Source of the DNA: a virus
Length of the DNA stretch: 64,000 nt
Virus record (IMG/VR): IMGVR_UViG_3300046536_000173
Coordinates: 19,471 to 83,470 of that record
Direction: 5' to 3' (one strand)
The translations under genes were made by a program, and so were the position numbers. Every line of letters starts with the position of its first letter. Positions within the stretch are counted from its first letter, which is position 1. Positions 45,520-55,392 of the stretch are shown here, piece by piece. Below the pieces are notes generated by a model. That model had not been told where the DNA came from. It made no database searches and worked only from the letters and a program-made list of their open reading frames with translations.

Positions 45520-46199
45520 TGCTCGCCCCGGTTTATTCGACCTTCGACTATCTGCAACAATTCCTCCGCCTCCTCCCGCGTGGCCGCGTCTGGCATCGCG
45601 GCTGGGGCGCCGTGCAATCCGCCGATCTGTTGACCCTCATGCCGACCTGGGTGCGGCTGCACATGCGCGCGAACGACGCGATCATCGAGGCGTTCCCGTG
45701 CACGACGACGGAGATGCTACCGGAATGGGAAGCCTCGCTTGGCCTCCCCGATCCGTGCACCGGCCCGCTGGCGACGCTCCAGGCGCGCACCGCCGCCGTG
45801 TGCGGAAAGTTCGTCGGGCGCGGCGGATCGTCGATCGAATACTTCGTGCATCTCGCCGCGAGCCTGGGCTATCAGATCACCGTCGAAACATTCAAACCGT
45901 TCTATGCTTCGCAGGGGCGCGCGGGCGATCCGCTCTATGACGAAGCCTGGGCCTATACCTTCCGCATCATCGTCGAGGGCGAGGATACCGTCGTCTGGTT
46001 CCGCGCCTCCGCGTCCGCCGCGCAAGAACCGCTCGCCGATTATCTGTCCGACCTCCTGCAATGCGTCGTCGAGCGACTGAAGCCAGCGGGTTCGCACATC
46101 ATCTGGGCATACCGGATCGACGCCGCGATCTGGGACGACGGCAAGTCGATCTGGGACGTTGGCGACTCGATCTGGGATCAAAAGGTGGCAAGCACATGA
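45519..46199 (+). CDS. Mu gp48 / DUF2313-like
   Basis: Homologue of 6507..7121 with an added C-terminal IWD repeat. Confidence 0.88.
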   Translation: MLAPVYSTFDYLQQFLRLLPRGRVWHRGWGAVQSADLLTLMPTWVRLHMRANDAIIEAFPCTTTEMLPEWEASLGLPDPCTGPLATLQARTAAVCGKFVGRGGSSIEYFVHLAASLGYQITVETFKPFYASQGRAGDPLYDEAWAYTFRIIVEGEDTVVWFRASASAAQEPLADYLSDLLQCVVERLKPAGSHIIWAYRIDAAIWDDGKSIWDVGDSIWDQKVAST

Positions 46200-48073
46200 C
46201 CTCGCAAATCGACATCACGAAGCCGATCTTCGGCACGCCGACGACGCAAAGCGTGCGAGACAATTTCACGACCGCGCATAATGAGATCACGACGTTGCAA
46301 GGTCAGGTCGCCGGTTCGCCGTTCCTCCCGCTCGCCGGGGCGCGGATGACTGGCGTCATGTATCTGTTCAACGATCCGACCGACGCGATGATGCCCGCGA
46401 CGAAAGGTTACGTTGACGCGAACGCTGGCGTCGGCGGCGGCGGCATCCCGGAAGCGCCCGCCGACAGCTTTTATTATGGCCGATACAACGGGGCCTGGGC
46501 CGCCGTGCTGGGCCTCGCCGGGGGAACCCTGACCGGCCCGCTGATCCTCGCCGCCGATCCGACGAACCCGCTTGGCGCTTGCTCGAAGCAATACGCGGAC
46601 GCGATCGCCGCCGCTCATCTGACCGACGCGCCGAACAACACGAACACCTACGGGCGCAAGGGCGCCGCCTGGGTCGGGGTGCTGCCGATCGTCGGAGGCC
46701 AGATCAGCGGGTCCGTGTCGATCGGCACCGTCGCCATCCCCGGCGATGTCAGTGTCCCGACGCTGTTTTCCAACGCGCAAACCTTCGCGCTCAACGCCGG
46801 GGTAAGCTGGAACGTCTACGGCGCGACGGGCGCGAACCCCTTCAAGTATCTCGCCGCTGGCTACGCGGGCGGCGTCGGTGTCACGCCAGCTGGCGACATG
46901 GCTTTTTCAGTTTACGCGTCTGGCGCGGCGGGTGGGGCGCTGACCGGAGGGGTGAGCTTCCTGTTCAATTACAAGGGCAACATGACGCTGCCCAACGCCG
47001 CGATTGTCCCGACCGACTCTTTCAAGCCGGGGTGGTTGAGCGCGAACGAATTCGTCACGATCGGGCACTATTGTTTCAACTCCTACATTCCCGCGCCGGG
47101 GACCGCCTGGAAATTTTTGCAAGCCGGGTATTGCGCGCAATTCTGGCAGGACGCCGCGACCGGCAACGTGACCCTCAACATCTCATCAGCCAGCGGCGCC
47201 GCTGGAGGAGCGGTCGGATCGGTCTGTTCGGTCCTGTGGGACAAGTCGGGAAATTATTACCTCGACGGAAATATCAATGGGGGGCAAGGCATCATGGCCC
47301 GCGCCTCCGGCGGCAACGCCTTCGTCGGTTCCTACCAAACCGCCGGAACCATGGCGAACGTCGGTTTTTGGAACTACAACAATACCCTTTATTTCGGCAA
47401 CGCGGACGGCAACGGGGCGCCCTCCGCGTCGAGGGGCTACATCGACCCGAGCAGCAATCTTTATATGACCGGCGCCCTGTATGGGGGCGCCGGGCTTTTT
47501 GTCGGAGCGTTGGGTTCCCAGTTCGGCGTTTATTCAAACCCCGCCGATCGCATCATGCAAATGGCGACGGGCTGGTATTGGGATTGGCAAATCTCCAGCG
47601 GCACGCTTATGTGGTATTCCCCTTCGGGGCCGCTTCTGAACATGCGCCTCGCGCCCGACAATTTGGCGTGGAACGCTATTGGCCCGATGGGCGGCAACGG
47701 TGCATATGTCAACATCTCCGACGAACGCGCGAAAACGGATGTCGCGCTCGCGACGGTGGGTCTCGCCGAGGTGTTGAAGCTGGAGCCGATCAACTTCACG
47801 CGCATCGCGCATCAACCGCCCGCCGACGCGATGATGGAGGACGGTTCGCCGGTTCCGACCGGATCGCATCCGCCCGAGATCGGTTTCAGCGCGCAACAGG
47901 TCCGGCCGATCATCCCCGAAGCCGTGCGCGTGATCGGATCACCGTTGCCCGATGGTAGCGGCACACTCGACACCGACACGCCGACGCTCGCGACGACCGA
48001 CACCGCGATCCTCGCCGCCGTCGTCAACGCGATTAAGAACATCGACGCGCGCCTTGTCGCGAAAGGGATATGA
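46196..48073 (+). CDS. Tail fibre with S74-type chaperone
   Basis: DP.....ATK.YVD and EAP....YGR...W fibre repeats, plus ISDERAK...IGFSAQQV. Confidence 0.85.
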   Translation: MTSQIDITKPIFGTPTTQSVRDNFTTAHNEITTLQGQVAGSPFLPLAGARMTGVMYLFNDPTDAMMPATKGYVDANAGVGGGGIPEAPADSFYYGRYNGAWAAVLGLAGGTLTGPLILAADPTNPLGACSKQYADAIAAAHLTDAPNNTNTYGRKGAAWVGVLPIVGGQISGSVSIGTVAIPGDVSVPTLFSNAQTFALNAGVSWNVYGATGANPFKYLAAGYAGGVGVTPAGDMAFSVYASGAAGGALTGGVSFLFNYKGNMTLPNAAIVPTDSFKPGWLSANEFVTIGHYCFNSYIPAPGTAWKFLQAGYCAQFWQDAATGNVTLNISSASGAAGGAVGSVCSVLWDKSGNYYLDGNINGGQGIMARASGGNAFVGSYQTAGTMANVGFWNYNNTLYFGNADGNGAPSASRGYIDPSSNLYMTGALYGGAGLFVGALGSQFGVYSNPADRIMQMATGWYWDWQISSGTLMWYSPSGPLLNMRLAPDNLAWNAIGPMGGNGAYVNISDERAKTDVALATVGLAEVLKLEPINFTRIAHQPPADAMMEDGSPVPTGSHPPEIGFSAQQVRPIIPEAVRVIGSPLPDGSGTLDTDTPTLATTDTAILAAVVNAIKNIDARLVAKGI

Positions 48074-48074
48074 A

Positions 48075-48290
48075 ATGGAACCGCAACCGATACAACCCGA
48101 TCAGCCGATCACGATCACGCTCGACGCGCAGCAATGGAACATGGTCCTGGGTGCGCTCGGTGAAGCGCCCTGGCGCCTCGCGTCTCCGCTGATCAATCGG
48201 ATCATGGAACAAATCCAGGCCGTGCAGCAATCGCCCGCCGCGCCGCGCGCCGCCAAACCGAACGGAGCCGACGAACATGCACCGCATTGA
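48075..48290 (+). CDS. Small fibre-associated protein
   Basis: W..VL.AL.E.PWR....LI..I..Q motif, directly after the fibre gene. Confidence 0.65.
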   Translation: MEPQPIQPDQPITITLDAQQWNMVLGALGEAPWRLASPLINRIMEQIQAVQQSPAAPRAAKPNGADEHAPH

Positions 48291-49113
48291 CAATCCGTCC
48301 GCCTCGACCTCGCTCCCGACGCCGAAGCCGTTCGGTCCCGAAGGCTACTTCACACCGGGCAACATCAACGTCGGGCAATCCGCGACGATCGTCGAATTCG
48401 ACTGGCTCAACTCAATACAAGAGGAACTGATGTCGATCGTCTCGCGTGGCGGTCTGACATCGGACAAAGCCGATAACACGCAGGTATTGAGGGCACTGGC
48501 GAACCTGTTCACTGGCGCCTATTCGATGATCACGATCACGCAATCGTTGCTGGTGCCGAACTACGCGACGCAAATCGCGTTCCGCCTTGTCGGCGCCGGG
48601 GGCGGAGGCGCGCACGCGCAAAGCGACGGGACCAACTATCGCTCCGGCGGCGGGGGCGGGTCCGGGGGCTACGCTGAAGCGCAACGCCCCGTCGTGCCCG
48701 GATCACTGTTGACCGCGATCGTCGGCGTCGGCGGCACCGTCGAGGCCCCTGGCACCGCGACCTCGCTCGCCTTCCCGTCGAATTGGAGCGTGACGGCGGA
48801 CGGCGGACAGCCCTCGCTCTGGGACGTTCCGACCAATTCGCACGGCGGCATCGGCGGGTCCGCCAGCGGTGGCGACCTCAATTCATATGGCAGCTTCGGA
48901 GGAGACGGCATCGCGTCCGGTGTCTACGCCTCGACCGGATACGGCGGACCCGGTGTCTGGGGCGGCGGCGCCCGCGCCGGAAACGGAGGGGGCGCGCCCG
49001 GACTCGGACCTGGAGCCGGAGGAGCCGGAGCCTATGACACACAGAACCTCAACACGTATTACGCGGGCGGACACGGAGCCGGGGGCATGATCCAGTATAG
49101 GTGGTTGCCATGA
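48277..49113 (+). CDS. Short Gly-rich tail fibre carrying the baseplate-anchor N-terminus
   Basis: MHRID...GYFT...WLNSIQEEL, homologous to the 7131 N-terminus, followed by a Gly-rich domain. Confidence 0.8.
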   Translation: MHRIDNPSASTSLPTPKPFGPEGYFTPGNINVGQSATIVEFDWLNSIQEELMSIVSRGGLTSDKADNTQVLRALANLFTGAYSMITITQSLLVPNYATQIAFRLVGAGGGGAHAQSDGTNYRSGGGGGSGGYAEAQRPVVPGSLLTAIVGVGGTVEAPGTATSLAFPSNWSVTADGGQPSLWDVPTNSHGGIGGSASGGDLNSYGSFGGDGIASGVYASTGYGGPGVWGGGARAGNGGGAPGLGPGAGGAGAYDTQNLNTYYAGGHGAGGMIQYRWLP

Positions 49114-49355
49114 CGACCTATGCTTGCGTCCGCGCCGGGTTCGTGACGCAGACCTTCACGCCCCTGCCCGAGTGGGAACATCTCGATCCAGCTGACCTGT
49201 TCGCGCTGCGCGCCGAATGGGTGCGCATCGACGGCCTCGACCCGCGCCCGTCCTACGGCTGGCGCTACGCCGATGGCACCTTCACGCCGCCGAATGGCTT
49301 CGAGGATGTCGCCGCGCTGATCGCCGCCATGATCGCCTTGCAAGCGTCGCCGTAA
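49110..49355 (+). CDS. Tail fibre assembly-like protein
   Basis: YA.V..G.V...WV.......P..GW.Y.DG.FTPP. Confidence 0.7.
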   Translation: MTTYACVRAGFVTQTFTPLPEWEHLDPADLFALRAEWVRIDGLDPRPSYGWRYADGTFTPPNGFEDVAALIAAMIALQASP

Positions 49356-49570
49356 TGGCCGACCCATCGATCGCGCCGTCGTCGAACAGCATTTTGATCT
49401 CGGTCAGCGAAAAGCTCATCCGCGTGTTGCCGCCCGCGTTCCTCCTCCTGATCGTTCTGAATGTGCTTTTCCTCGGTGTCATCGCCTGGGTGTTCGACCA
49501 CAACGCCGACGTGCGGAACGTCATGCTGACCAAAATCATCGACCGCTGTTTGCTGCCGCCGACGCGCTGA
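49355..49570 (+). CDS. Small single-TM membrane protein
   Basis: Homologue of 8615..8842. Confidence 0.65.
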   Translation: MADPSIAPSSNSILISVSEKLIRVLPPAFLLLIVLNVLFLGVIAWVFDHNADVRNVMLTKIIDRCLLPPTR

Positions 49571-49683
49571 AGCCGGAACACGTCGCGAACTTTCGACGCC
49601 TCACGTCGAGCCTGGGGCCGATCGATCGCACCGTCGCCCGTTAGATCGCCCTGGCGCGCCCGCCTGGAGCCGCCTGGAGCCGC

Positions 49684-49715
49684 AAAGCAAAAGGGGTGCC
49701 CGCTTGGACACCCCT
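49684..49715 (-). terminator. Rho-independent terminator
   Basis: Identical to 8882..8913, within a 45-bp identical block. Confidence 0.75.
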
Positions 49716-49739
49716 CGCCGTCGCCGCCGTGCGCAGCCT

Positions 49740-50141
49740 TCAGTGTCGCGTGTCGGTGGGGTCAGAGATCGCCGAGGCCGGAACGAGACGGACGAACCGC
49801 ACGAGCGGGACAAGCTGCGCGAGCATGATCCGTGGGTCCGCCGTCGTGTATCCGCCCGGATGATGCGCAGCCGATCCGCCCTCGATCTCGCGCCCGACGA
49901 CGATCCCGTTCCCCGCGAGCGGCGCGTCGTCGAGCCGGAGCGCGAAGCGGAAGCCGACAGTCGGCGACTTCAACAGCCCTTCGTCATCGACATACAGCAC
50001 GTCGCCGGAGGGCCACGCGTGCGCGATGTCGATGTATCCGCCGATCAGCTTGCGCGCGTCGATCAGCATCGCCGAACCGTGCGCGACCTCGACCTCCGAG
50101 ATCGTCCGCTTCGTCGCGTCGATGAACCATGCGCGGGGCAT
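49740..50141 (-). CDS. DUF3846-like protein
   Basis: LIGGYI...LYVDDEGLLK...LAGNGIVVG. Inserted downstream of int and absent at 8.9 kb. Confidence 0.7.
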   Translation of the reverse strand: MPRAWFIDATKRTISEVEVAHGSAMLIDARKLIGGYIDIAHAWPSGDVLYVDDEGLLKSPTVGFRFALRLDDAPLAGNGIVVGREIEGGSAAHHPGGYTTADPRIMLAQLVPLVRFVRLVPASAISDPTDTRH

Positions 50142-50335
50142 CAGACCTCCTCCCCGTCGTCGCTCGCCTGTCGATCGATCTCCTCGGCGCGCTCCAAAAA
50201 TTTCCGACTGAAAAGCGCTTTCAGCATGACACGCTGATCCGCTGGAGCGCGCGCGAGGATGATCCCTTCGATCCCCGTCATCTGAAGCTGAAGGATGCGA
50301 ACTTCGCGCCAGAGCGCTTCGATGTCATCGCTCAT
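50141..50335 (-). CDS. Hypothetical protein coupled to int
   Basis: ATGA overlap with the int stop and TGATG overlap with the next gene. Confidence 0.6.
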   Translation of the reverse strand: MSDDIEALWREVRILQLQMTGIEGIILARAPADQRVMLKALFSRKFLERAEEIDRQASDDGEEV

Positions 50336-51675
50336 GCCGCCCTCCTCATCTCGACGACGTTCGTCATGTCCGCCTCGACCAGCCCGACCAGCGCCGACGC
50401 GGACGGCGCGCCCGCGAGCACCTGATCCGCCCATGCGCTCGCGAGCTTGCGCCGCTCCGCGATGAACGTCGCTTTGTTGTATCGCGCCTCGACCTCGCCG
50501 AACGCCTTATGCGCGAGCATGACATCGATCACGCGATACGCGCCCGGATCAGCTTCGTTGCACAGTGTCGAGAACGTCGCCCGCCAGCCGTGCACGACAT
50601 GCCGCCCCGCCAGCCCGACGCCCGGAAGCGCCCTTTCCATCACGTCGTTGAGCACCGCCGCCGACATGCTGTCGCGCTTGTTCTGACCCGGAAACACGAA
50701 GTCGGAGACGATGCCCGCCGCCGCCTGGAGATCGCGCGCCGCCCGGAACACGTCCGCCGCCTGGAGCGACAGCGGAATGACATGATCGCGCTTCTGACCG
50801 CGCCGCCCCTTCATCCGCTCGCCGGGGATCTTCCACGTCATGCCCTCCGCGCCGTCGCTGATCTCCGACCACCGCGCGCCGATCCCTTCGAGCTTGCGGA
50901 CAGCCGTCAACGCGATCAGCCGATGCGCGAGCTTCACGAACGGGCCGGCGCTCGACGCCTCGACCGCCGCCAGGACTCGCCGCGCCTCCTCGATCGTCTC
51001 GACGTGCGCCCGACTGACCTCGCGCGCGTCGCCCCTGATCCGCTTCGGCAAATCCTCCGCGATCTTGCGCACTGGATTGACCGCGAGGAGATCGCGCCGC
51101 ACCGCGTAGTCGAACATCAATTGCATGTGCTGGCGGACGTGCACCGCTTGCGCCCGGAGCTTCGCCCGCACGAGCGACAACACGACCGCCTCGACCTCGA
51201 CCGCGCCGACCCGCCCGATCGCCCGATCCCCGATCACCGGATAAACGTGCTTCGTCATCCGCTGCGCGACCATCCGCGCATACGGTGGCGACCAGCCGCG
51301 CGCCTCCTGGGCCGTCTCGATCCACGCCGCCCCGATGACCCGCACCGTCGCCGCGTCGCCGTCACGCCGCACCGCGCGCGCCTCCTGACGGTCCTGGGCC
51401 GGATCGCCCCCGTCGCGCACCGTGCGCGCGATGTCGTCGCGCTTCGTCCGCGCCTCGACGATCCCGAGATCGGGCCAACGCCCGATGATCGTCGCCTGAT
51501 GCTTGCCCGCGACGTGGTAGTGCACCTGCCACGACTTCGCGCCGCCCTTGCCGACCAGCAAGTAAAGCCCGCCGCCGAAGCGGAGCCGCGCCCCCGCCTT
51601 CGCCGTCTTAATGTCCGCGCCCGTCGCCAGCTTACCCGCTTGCCCCGCCGCGCCCTGAGTGGTAGTGGTTGTCAC
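50332..51675 (-). CDS. int: Tyrosine integrase, P4-like
   Basis: Homologue of 8946..10301 with catalytic residues intact. GTG start after AAAGGA. Confidence 0.95.
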   Translation of the reverse strand: MTTTTTQGAAGQAGKLATGADIKTAKAGARLRFGGGLYLLVGKGGAKSWQVHYHVAGKHQATIIGRWPDLGIVEARTKRDDIARTVRDGGDPAQDRQEARAVRRDGDAATVRVIGAAWIETAQEARGWSPPYARMVAQRMTKHVYPVIGDRAIGRVGAVEVEAVVLSLVRAKLRAQAVHVRQHMQLMFDYAVRRDLLAVNPVRKIAEDLPKRIRGDAREVSRAHVETIEEARRVLAAVEASSAGPFVKLAHRLIALTAVRKLEGIGARWSEISDGAEGMTWKIPGERMKGRRGQKRDHVIPLSLQAADVFRAARDLQAAAGIVSDFVFPGQNKRDSMSAAVLNDVMERALPGVGLAGRHVVHGWRATFSTLCNEADPGAYRVIDVMLAHKAFGEVEARYNKATFIAERRKLASAWADQVLAGAPSASALVGLVEADMTNVVEMRRAA

Positions 51676-51742
51676 CTGTGAATTCCTTTTCGTGTTGAAA
51701 AAGCGAACGGGCGCCCCCGCCAGAGGAGCGCCCGTTTTGTTG

Positions 51743-51970
51743 TCAGTCTCGCGCCACGCTCCACCGTGCGACGCGCGCCGCGCACTTCGCGCAGATCGGA
51801 ACCGCCCCGAGTGTCGGATGCGCCTCCGTCGTCGTCGCCGCCCCGTCGCACAACAGGAACCATTGGCACCGCGCCGCCGCTTCCGCCGCCGCCTCCAGAT
51901 CGTCCGCGTGAACATCTTGCATCGACATCCCGCCGTGGATCGCGTCCGGTAGCTCCATCCTGATTGCCAT
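51743..51970 (-). CDS. Hypothetical protein with Cys4 C-terminus
   Basis: CQWFLLC...HPTLGAVPICAKC. Confidence 0.65.
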   Translation of the reverse strand: MAIRMELPDAIHGGMSMQDVHADDLEAAAEAAARCQWFLLCDGAATTTEAHPTLGAVPICAKCAARVARWSVARD

Positions 51971-51973
51971 CGA

Positions 51974-52204
51974 TCAGCCCTCCCCTCTGATCTGTTTCGC
52001 GCTCCAGCCCTCGACCTCGCGCCGGAACATGACGAACGCCGTCACCTTCCGCGCCTCCTCGATCGTCGCGCCCGCCCGGAGGATGAATGCCGAGATCGCG
52101 CCGGTCGCGTCCGCGATCGGACCCGTGTATGCAAGCACGTCGTCGAGCGTCGCGAACGCGAGCGCCCCGTTGTCAGTCGCCGCCGTTGCTGTTTTCGTCG
52201 TCAT
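51974..52204 (-). CDS. Hypothetical protein
   Basis: MTTKTATAAT start shared with 10961..11200. Confidence 0.65.
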   Translation of the reverse strand: MTTKTATAATDNGALAFATLDDVLAYTGPIADATGAISAFILRAGATIEEARKVTAFVMFRREVEGWSAKQIRGEG

Positions 52205-52219
52205 GTTGGAGTCACCTTT

Positions 52220-52484
52220 CATGCGGAATTCATGCGATCGAGGATGTCATACCCTGTCACCGCCTTGCATTCCGTGCAAGGCTGGGTGCGCGCATGAGGC
52301 TGAAAATGCAAGAGAATGTCACCGCCAGACATCGCCTGACATGTCACCCCGCAATGTGGTGAACAACGTCGGATGATGGTCTAAGTGGCTGTGGCAGTAG
52401 GGTTTCCGTCGAAGCGCGCGCCCGATCATGCGAGGCATCATGCGAGGCCGCATGGGTGCCCCGTTGGCCTTGCATGGATTGCAA
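52220..52484. other. Second attP-like site
   Basis: CATGCG at 52220, 52231, 52427 and 52439, CATGGG at 52451. 39-bp block at 52370..52408. Operators at 52265 and 52470. Confidence 0.55.
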
Positions 52485-52494
52485 CCGCCGCCGC

Positions 52495-52722
52495 TTACCA
52501 GCCGGGGTCGGTGGTCCTCACGAGGAGCGACCAGCCCTTGCGCCGATCGTTCCAACGCGCCCGAAAGAACGCCTTCAGATCGCCGCGCATCAACGCCGTC
52601 TCGCGCGCGTCGAGTCCGCGCATCTCCTCGCGCTCGCGCCCCGCCGCGTAAATCAACGCCGGTCCCTCGCCGGAGGGCAGGGGTGTTTGCACCTTGACGA
52701 TCTCGACGCCTGTCATAGCCAT
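52495..52722 (-). CDS. Hypothetical protein (unit 3 accessory)
   Basis: GAGG RBS, overlaps the upstream gene. Confidence 0.6.
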   Translation of the reverse strand: MAMTGVEIVKVQTPLPSGEGPALIYAAGREREEMRGLDARETALMRGDLKAFFRARWNDRRKGWSLLVRTTDPGW

Positions 52723-52994
52723 ACCTCCTCGATCTCGGGCGGGTCGTTCGCGTCGCGCGCCGCCAGCACCAAACCCGGAGGCAGCAACCCGCGCAATTCG
52801 TGCAACGTGTCATGGGTCACGACGAAGCGCGTCGGTCGCAATGCGGGCAAGACGATGTGCATCCGCGCGACCCATGCGCCGGGGTATTCGCGCGTGACCG
52901 GGCGGTAAACGACCCACACGGGGAGCCGCGCCCGCAAGCGCCAATGGAGCCGCGCGAAGTATCCGGGGTCGCCGACGCGGACGGGTTCGATCAT
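52713..52994 (-). CDS. Hypothetical protein (unit 3 accessory)
   Basis: WVVY..V..EYPG.WVAR...DPP.I.EVW, part of the coupled operon. Confidence 0.65.
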   Translation of the reverse strand: MIEPVRVGDPGYFARLHWRLRARLPVWVVYRPVTREYPGAWVARMHIVLPALRPTRFVVTHDTLHELRGLLPPGLVLAARDANDPPEIEEVWL

Positions 52995-54912
52995 CGCCCG
53001 CCCTGCCAACGCATGAACGCGTCGAGCGCTTCCGTCTCGGCCTCCGTGGGCGGTGCGTCATCCTCCATCGCCGCGAACGCCACGAACAGCTTCGCGACAT
53101 CCTCCGCGTCGATGATGCGCCGACCGTCGTCGAGCACGGCGCAACGCAGATCGACGCCGAACACGGGGAACACGCCCGACCATACCGCCTTGGGGATCTG
53201 ATCGTCGCTCATCCCGCCCATGTGGCGCGAACGCGGCGCCACCCCCACGGCGTCCGAAACACCCCTGGCGGGGCCTTGGGCGCGCTCCTGTTTCCCGCTG
53301 CCGTCAACTTGTCACGCAACCGATGGTGCAGCACGAGACGCAAGGCACGCGCCTTCCCCCTCGGGAACGGCTTCCCGAGTAGCCTCATGCGGCTGAAGTA
53401 ACGCCAGACCCCGGTGTGCTGTTTCATGGCCGACCCCTTCGCTCGCGAACCTCGACGGTCGGCGCCAAGCGCGCGACCTCCTCGATCGACAGCGGCTTGC
53501 GCCATTGGATCGTGACGCGGACATGATGGTCGGGGAAGTCGTCGGCCTCGATCAGCCGCTCCGTCGTGCCGCACATGGACATGATCCGATCGCGGATCGC
53601 CTCGATCTTGCGCACCGTCATCCGGCTCCAACGGAGCACGGGCACTGGCCCCGTCCGCTCCTGATGGCACAAGCTCAAATGCCACAGGGGACGCCCGCCA
53701 GCGTAAACGGCTCACTCCTCGCCGATGTTGACCGTGAGGCAAGCCGACACCGTGTCGCCCGCCCGCCAATAATGGCCGGCGACGATCTGGCGCGCCGGAT
53801 CGAACACCGGATGCGACAGCGCGAATTCAATTTGCGATCTCATGCTTTCCTCCGCTTGCCCTTGTGAACCTTCCGCCGCCTCCGCGCCTCCTGGGAGGGG
53901 CTACGCGGGCCTGGGCCGTCGAGCGCTGTCGTCGTGCTCCGGTTGGGCACAAGCCAGCCGTGGGCCTCCTCGCAGCGCTGGCACCATGCCCGGTCGGGCT
54001 TGCTCGCCCGGATCAGAATGTCGCCGGGTCCGCGCTCCTCGATCTCGCCCGGAGCGACCGACATCGACTTGCGTCCGCAGTCGTCGCACCGGGGCAGGGT
54101 CACAACACGCGCACCGCCTCGATCGCCAATAGCGCGACGAAGGCCCACACGATCGCGCACAACAGCACGATCCCGATCAGGCGTGGCAACGTCATCTCAA
54201 TGCGCCCCGTGCGGGCCGGGGGCTTCCTTCAGGATCGACAGCACGAGCCGCCCGAAGCACTCCAGGTCGCCCGCAGCTGGCCCGTGGGTCTGGGTGATCA
54301 TTTGATCCGCGAACCATCGGGCTTCCGGCAGCGTCATCGCCGCCGCCGTGTCGCCGATCCGCATCACGAGATGATGGGCGCCTTGCGCCGCATCCGTGGG
54401 TGTGGCGATCAGCGCTTCGAGCGCGAACACGTCGCCCGCTTCGAGCACCGCGCGCATGATCGCCAGCATCCCGACATGGCCGCGCAACGCGTCAATCCGC
54501 ATCGCTCCGCGCCTCCTCCGTCATCGGGTAGAGCATGTCCGCGACCAGCTTCGCGCCGCGAAGGCCCATGTCGTTGCGCGGAAAGGGTTCATCGCAACAC
54601 GGGCACCGGGAGATCGGAAGCCCTTCGTCGCTGGGCATGATCACGAACCCGTCGATCCCCTCGACGACCGCGAGGCCGTCGCACCGTTTACCGCCGCTCC
54701 AGCGTTCCCGCTCCTCGCTCATGTTCGCGCGCCCCTTCAAGATGTTTCAACACCGCATCCATCACGTCGATGCGTCGATCCGCCCGTCGCCGGTTCATCC
54801 GCCCCTCGCGACACGCGTTCCCGTAAACGAAGCGCCGTTGCTGGCACTCGCGACGGACCTCCTCGATCATGTCGTCGATCGAGACGGGATAGGGGAGGAG
54901 ATCACCGGACAT
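52991..54912 (-). other. Cluster of small early hypothetical genes, mostly homologous to 11.6-13.6 kb
   Basis: ORFs 52991..53212, 53209..53427, 53424..53678, 53840..54103, 54100..54195, 54197..54502, 54492..54722 and 54688..54912. Confidence 0.65.
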
Positions 54913-55156
54913 CGCGCCCTCGCCGTGGCTTGTGCTCGCGCCGCGCGCGGAGCTTGTCGAGGTATCCCGTGACATCGCTCGCCGACCATCGCGCCGACCG
55001 TCCGATCAGCATGGGCCGGGGGAATTCGCCGACGTGCACGAGCCGCATGAAATGCCGCTTCGAGATGTCGAGGATGCCCGCGATCTGATCCGCGTCGCAG
55101 ACCTTCGGCACCGACACCGTGCCGCCCTCCTCGACCTCGCCGCCCGCCGACATCAC
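54902..55156 (-). CDS. AlpA-family regulator / excisionase
   Basis: IAGILDISKRHFMRLV..GEFPRP..IGRSARW. Strongly diverged from the unit 2 copy. Confidence 0.85.
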   Translation of the reverse strand: MMSAGGEVEEGGTVSVPKVCDADQIAGILDISKRHFMRLVHVGEFPRPMLIGRSARWSASDVTGYLDKLRARREHKPRRGRDVR

Positions 55157-55392
55157 GCCGCCGCCGAAGCCGCGCCTCGCAAGTGCGGCATCATCGGGGG
55201 TTCGTCCGCCTCCGGCTCCGGTGCATCGACCTGGGCGATCACCGGCATGTCGCGCAACCTCGCCTTGACGTAATCGACGACGAACTCGCGCCGATCCTGA
55301 TGCAACGTCGCGATCAGATCGAACACGCGCGAGATCACGAGCAATTCGTGATCATGGGTCAGCTTGCCGCGCGTCGCTGGTTTCGTGCTCAT
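55153..55392 (-). CDS. Hypothetical protein
   Basis: Near-identical to 13899..14144. Confidence 0.75.
   Translation of the reverse strand: MSTKPATRGKLTHDHELLVISRVFDLIATLHQDRREFVVDYVKARLRDMPVIAQVDAPEPEADEPPMMPHLRGAASAAA

Larger units (their letters stand above)
11301..52300. mobile_element. Prophage unit 2, a complete ~41-kb genome equivalent (HK97-like head, Mu-like contractile tail)
   Basis: Contains one copy of each module, with homologous sequence recurring at a ~41 kb offset on both sides. Boundaries are approximate. Confidence 0.85.

Noticed and set aside
34175-46199. Transposable Mu-like phage
   Set aside because: Only the tail is Mu-like. There is no MuA/MuB, and the HK97-head/Mu-tail combination is already known (SfV, ST64B, P27).
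46196-49113. Diversity-generating retroelement or invertase shufflon for fibre variation
   Set aside because: No reverse transcriptase, TR/VR pair, invertase or inverted fibre cassettes seen.
24549-49570. Gene transfer agent, tailocin or eCIS
   Set aside because: Integrase, repressor/Cro, replication genes, cos-type HNH/terminase and capsid are all present, so this is a temperate phage.
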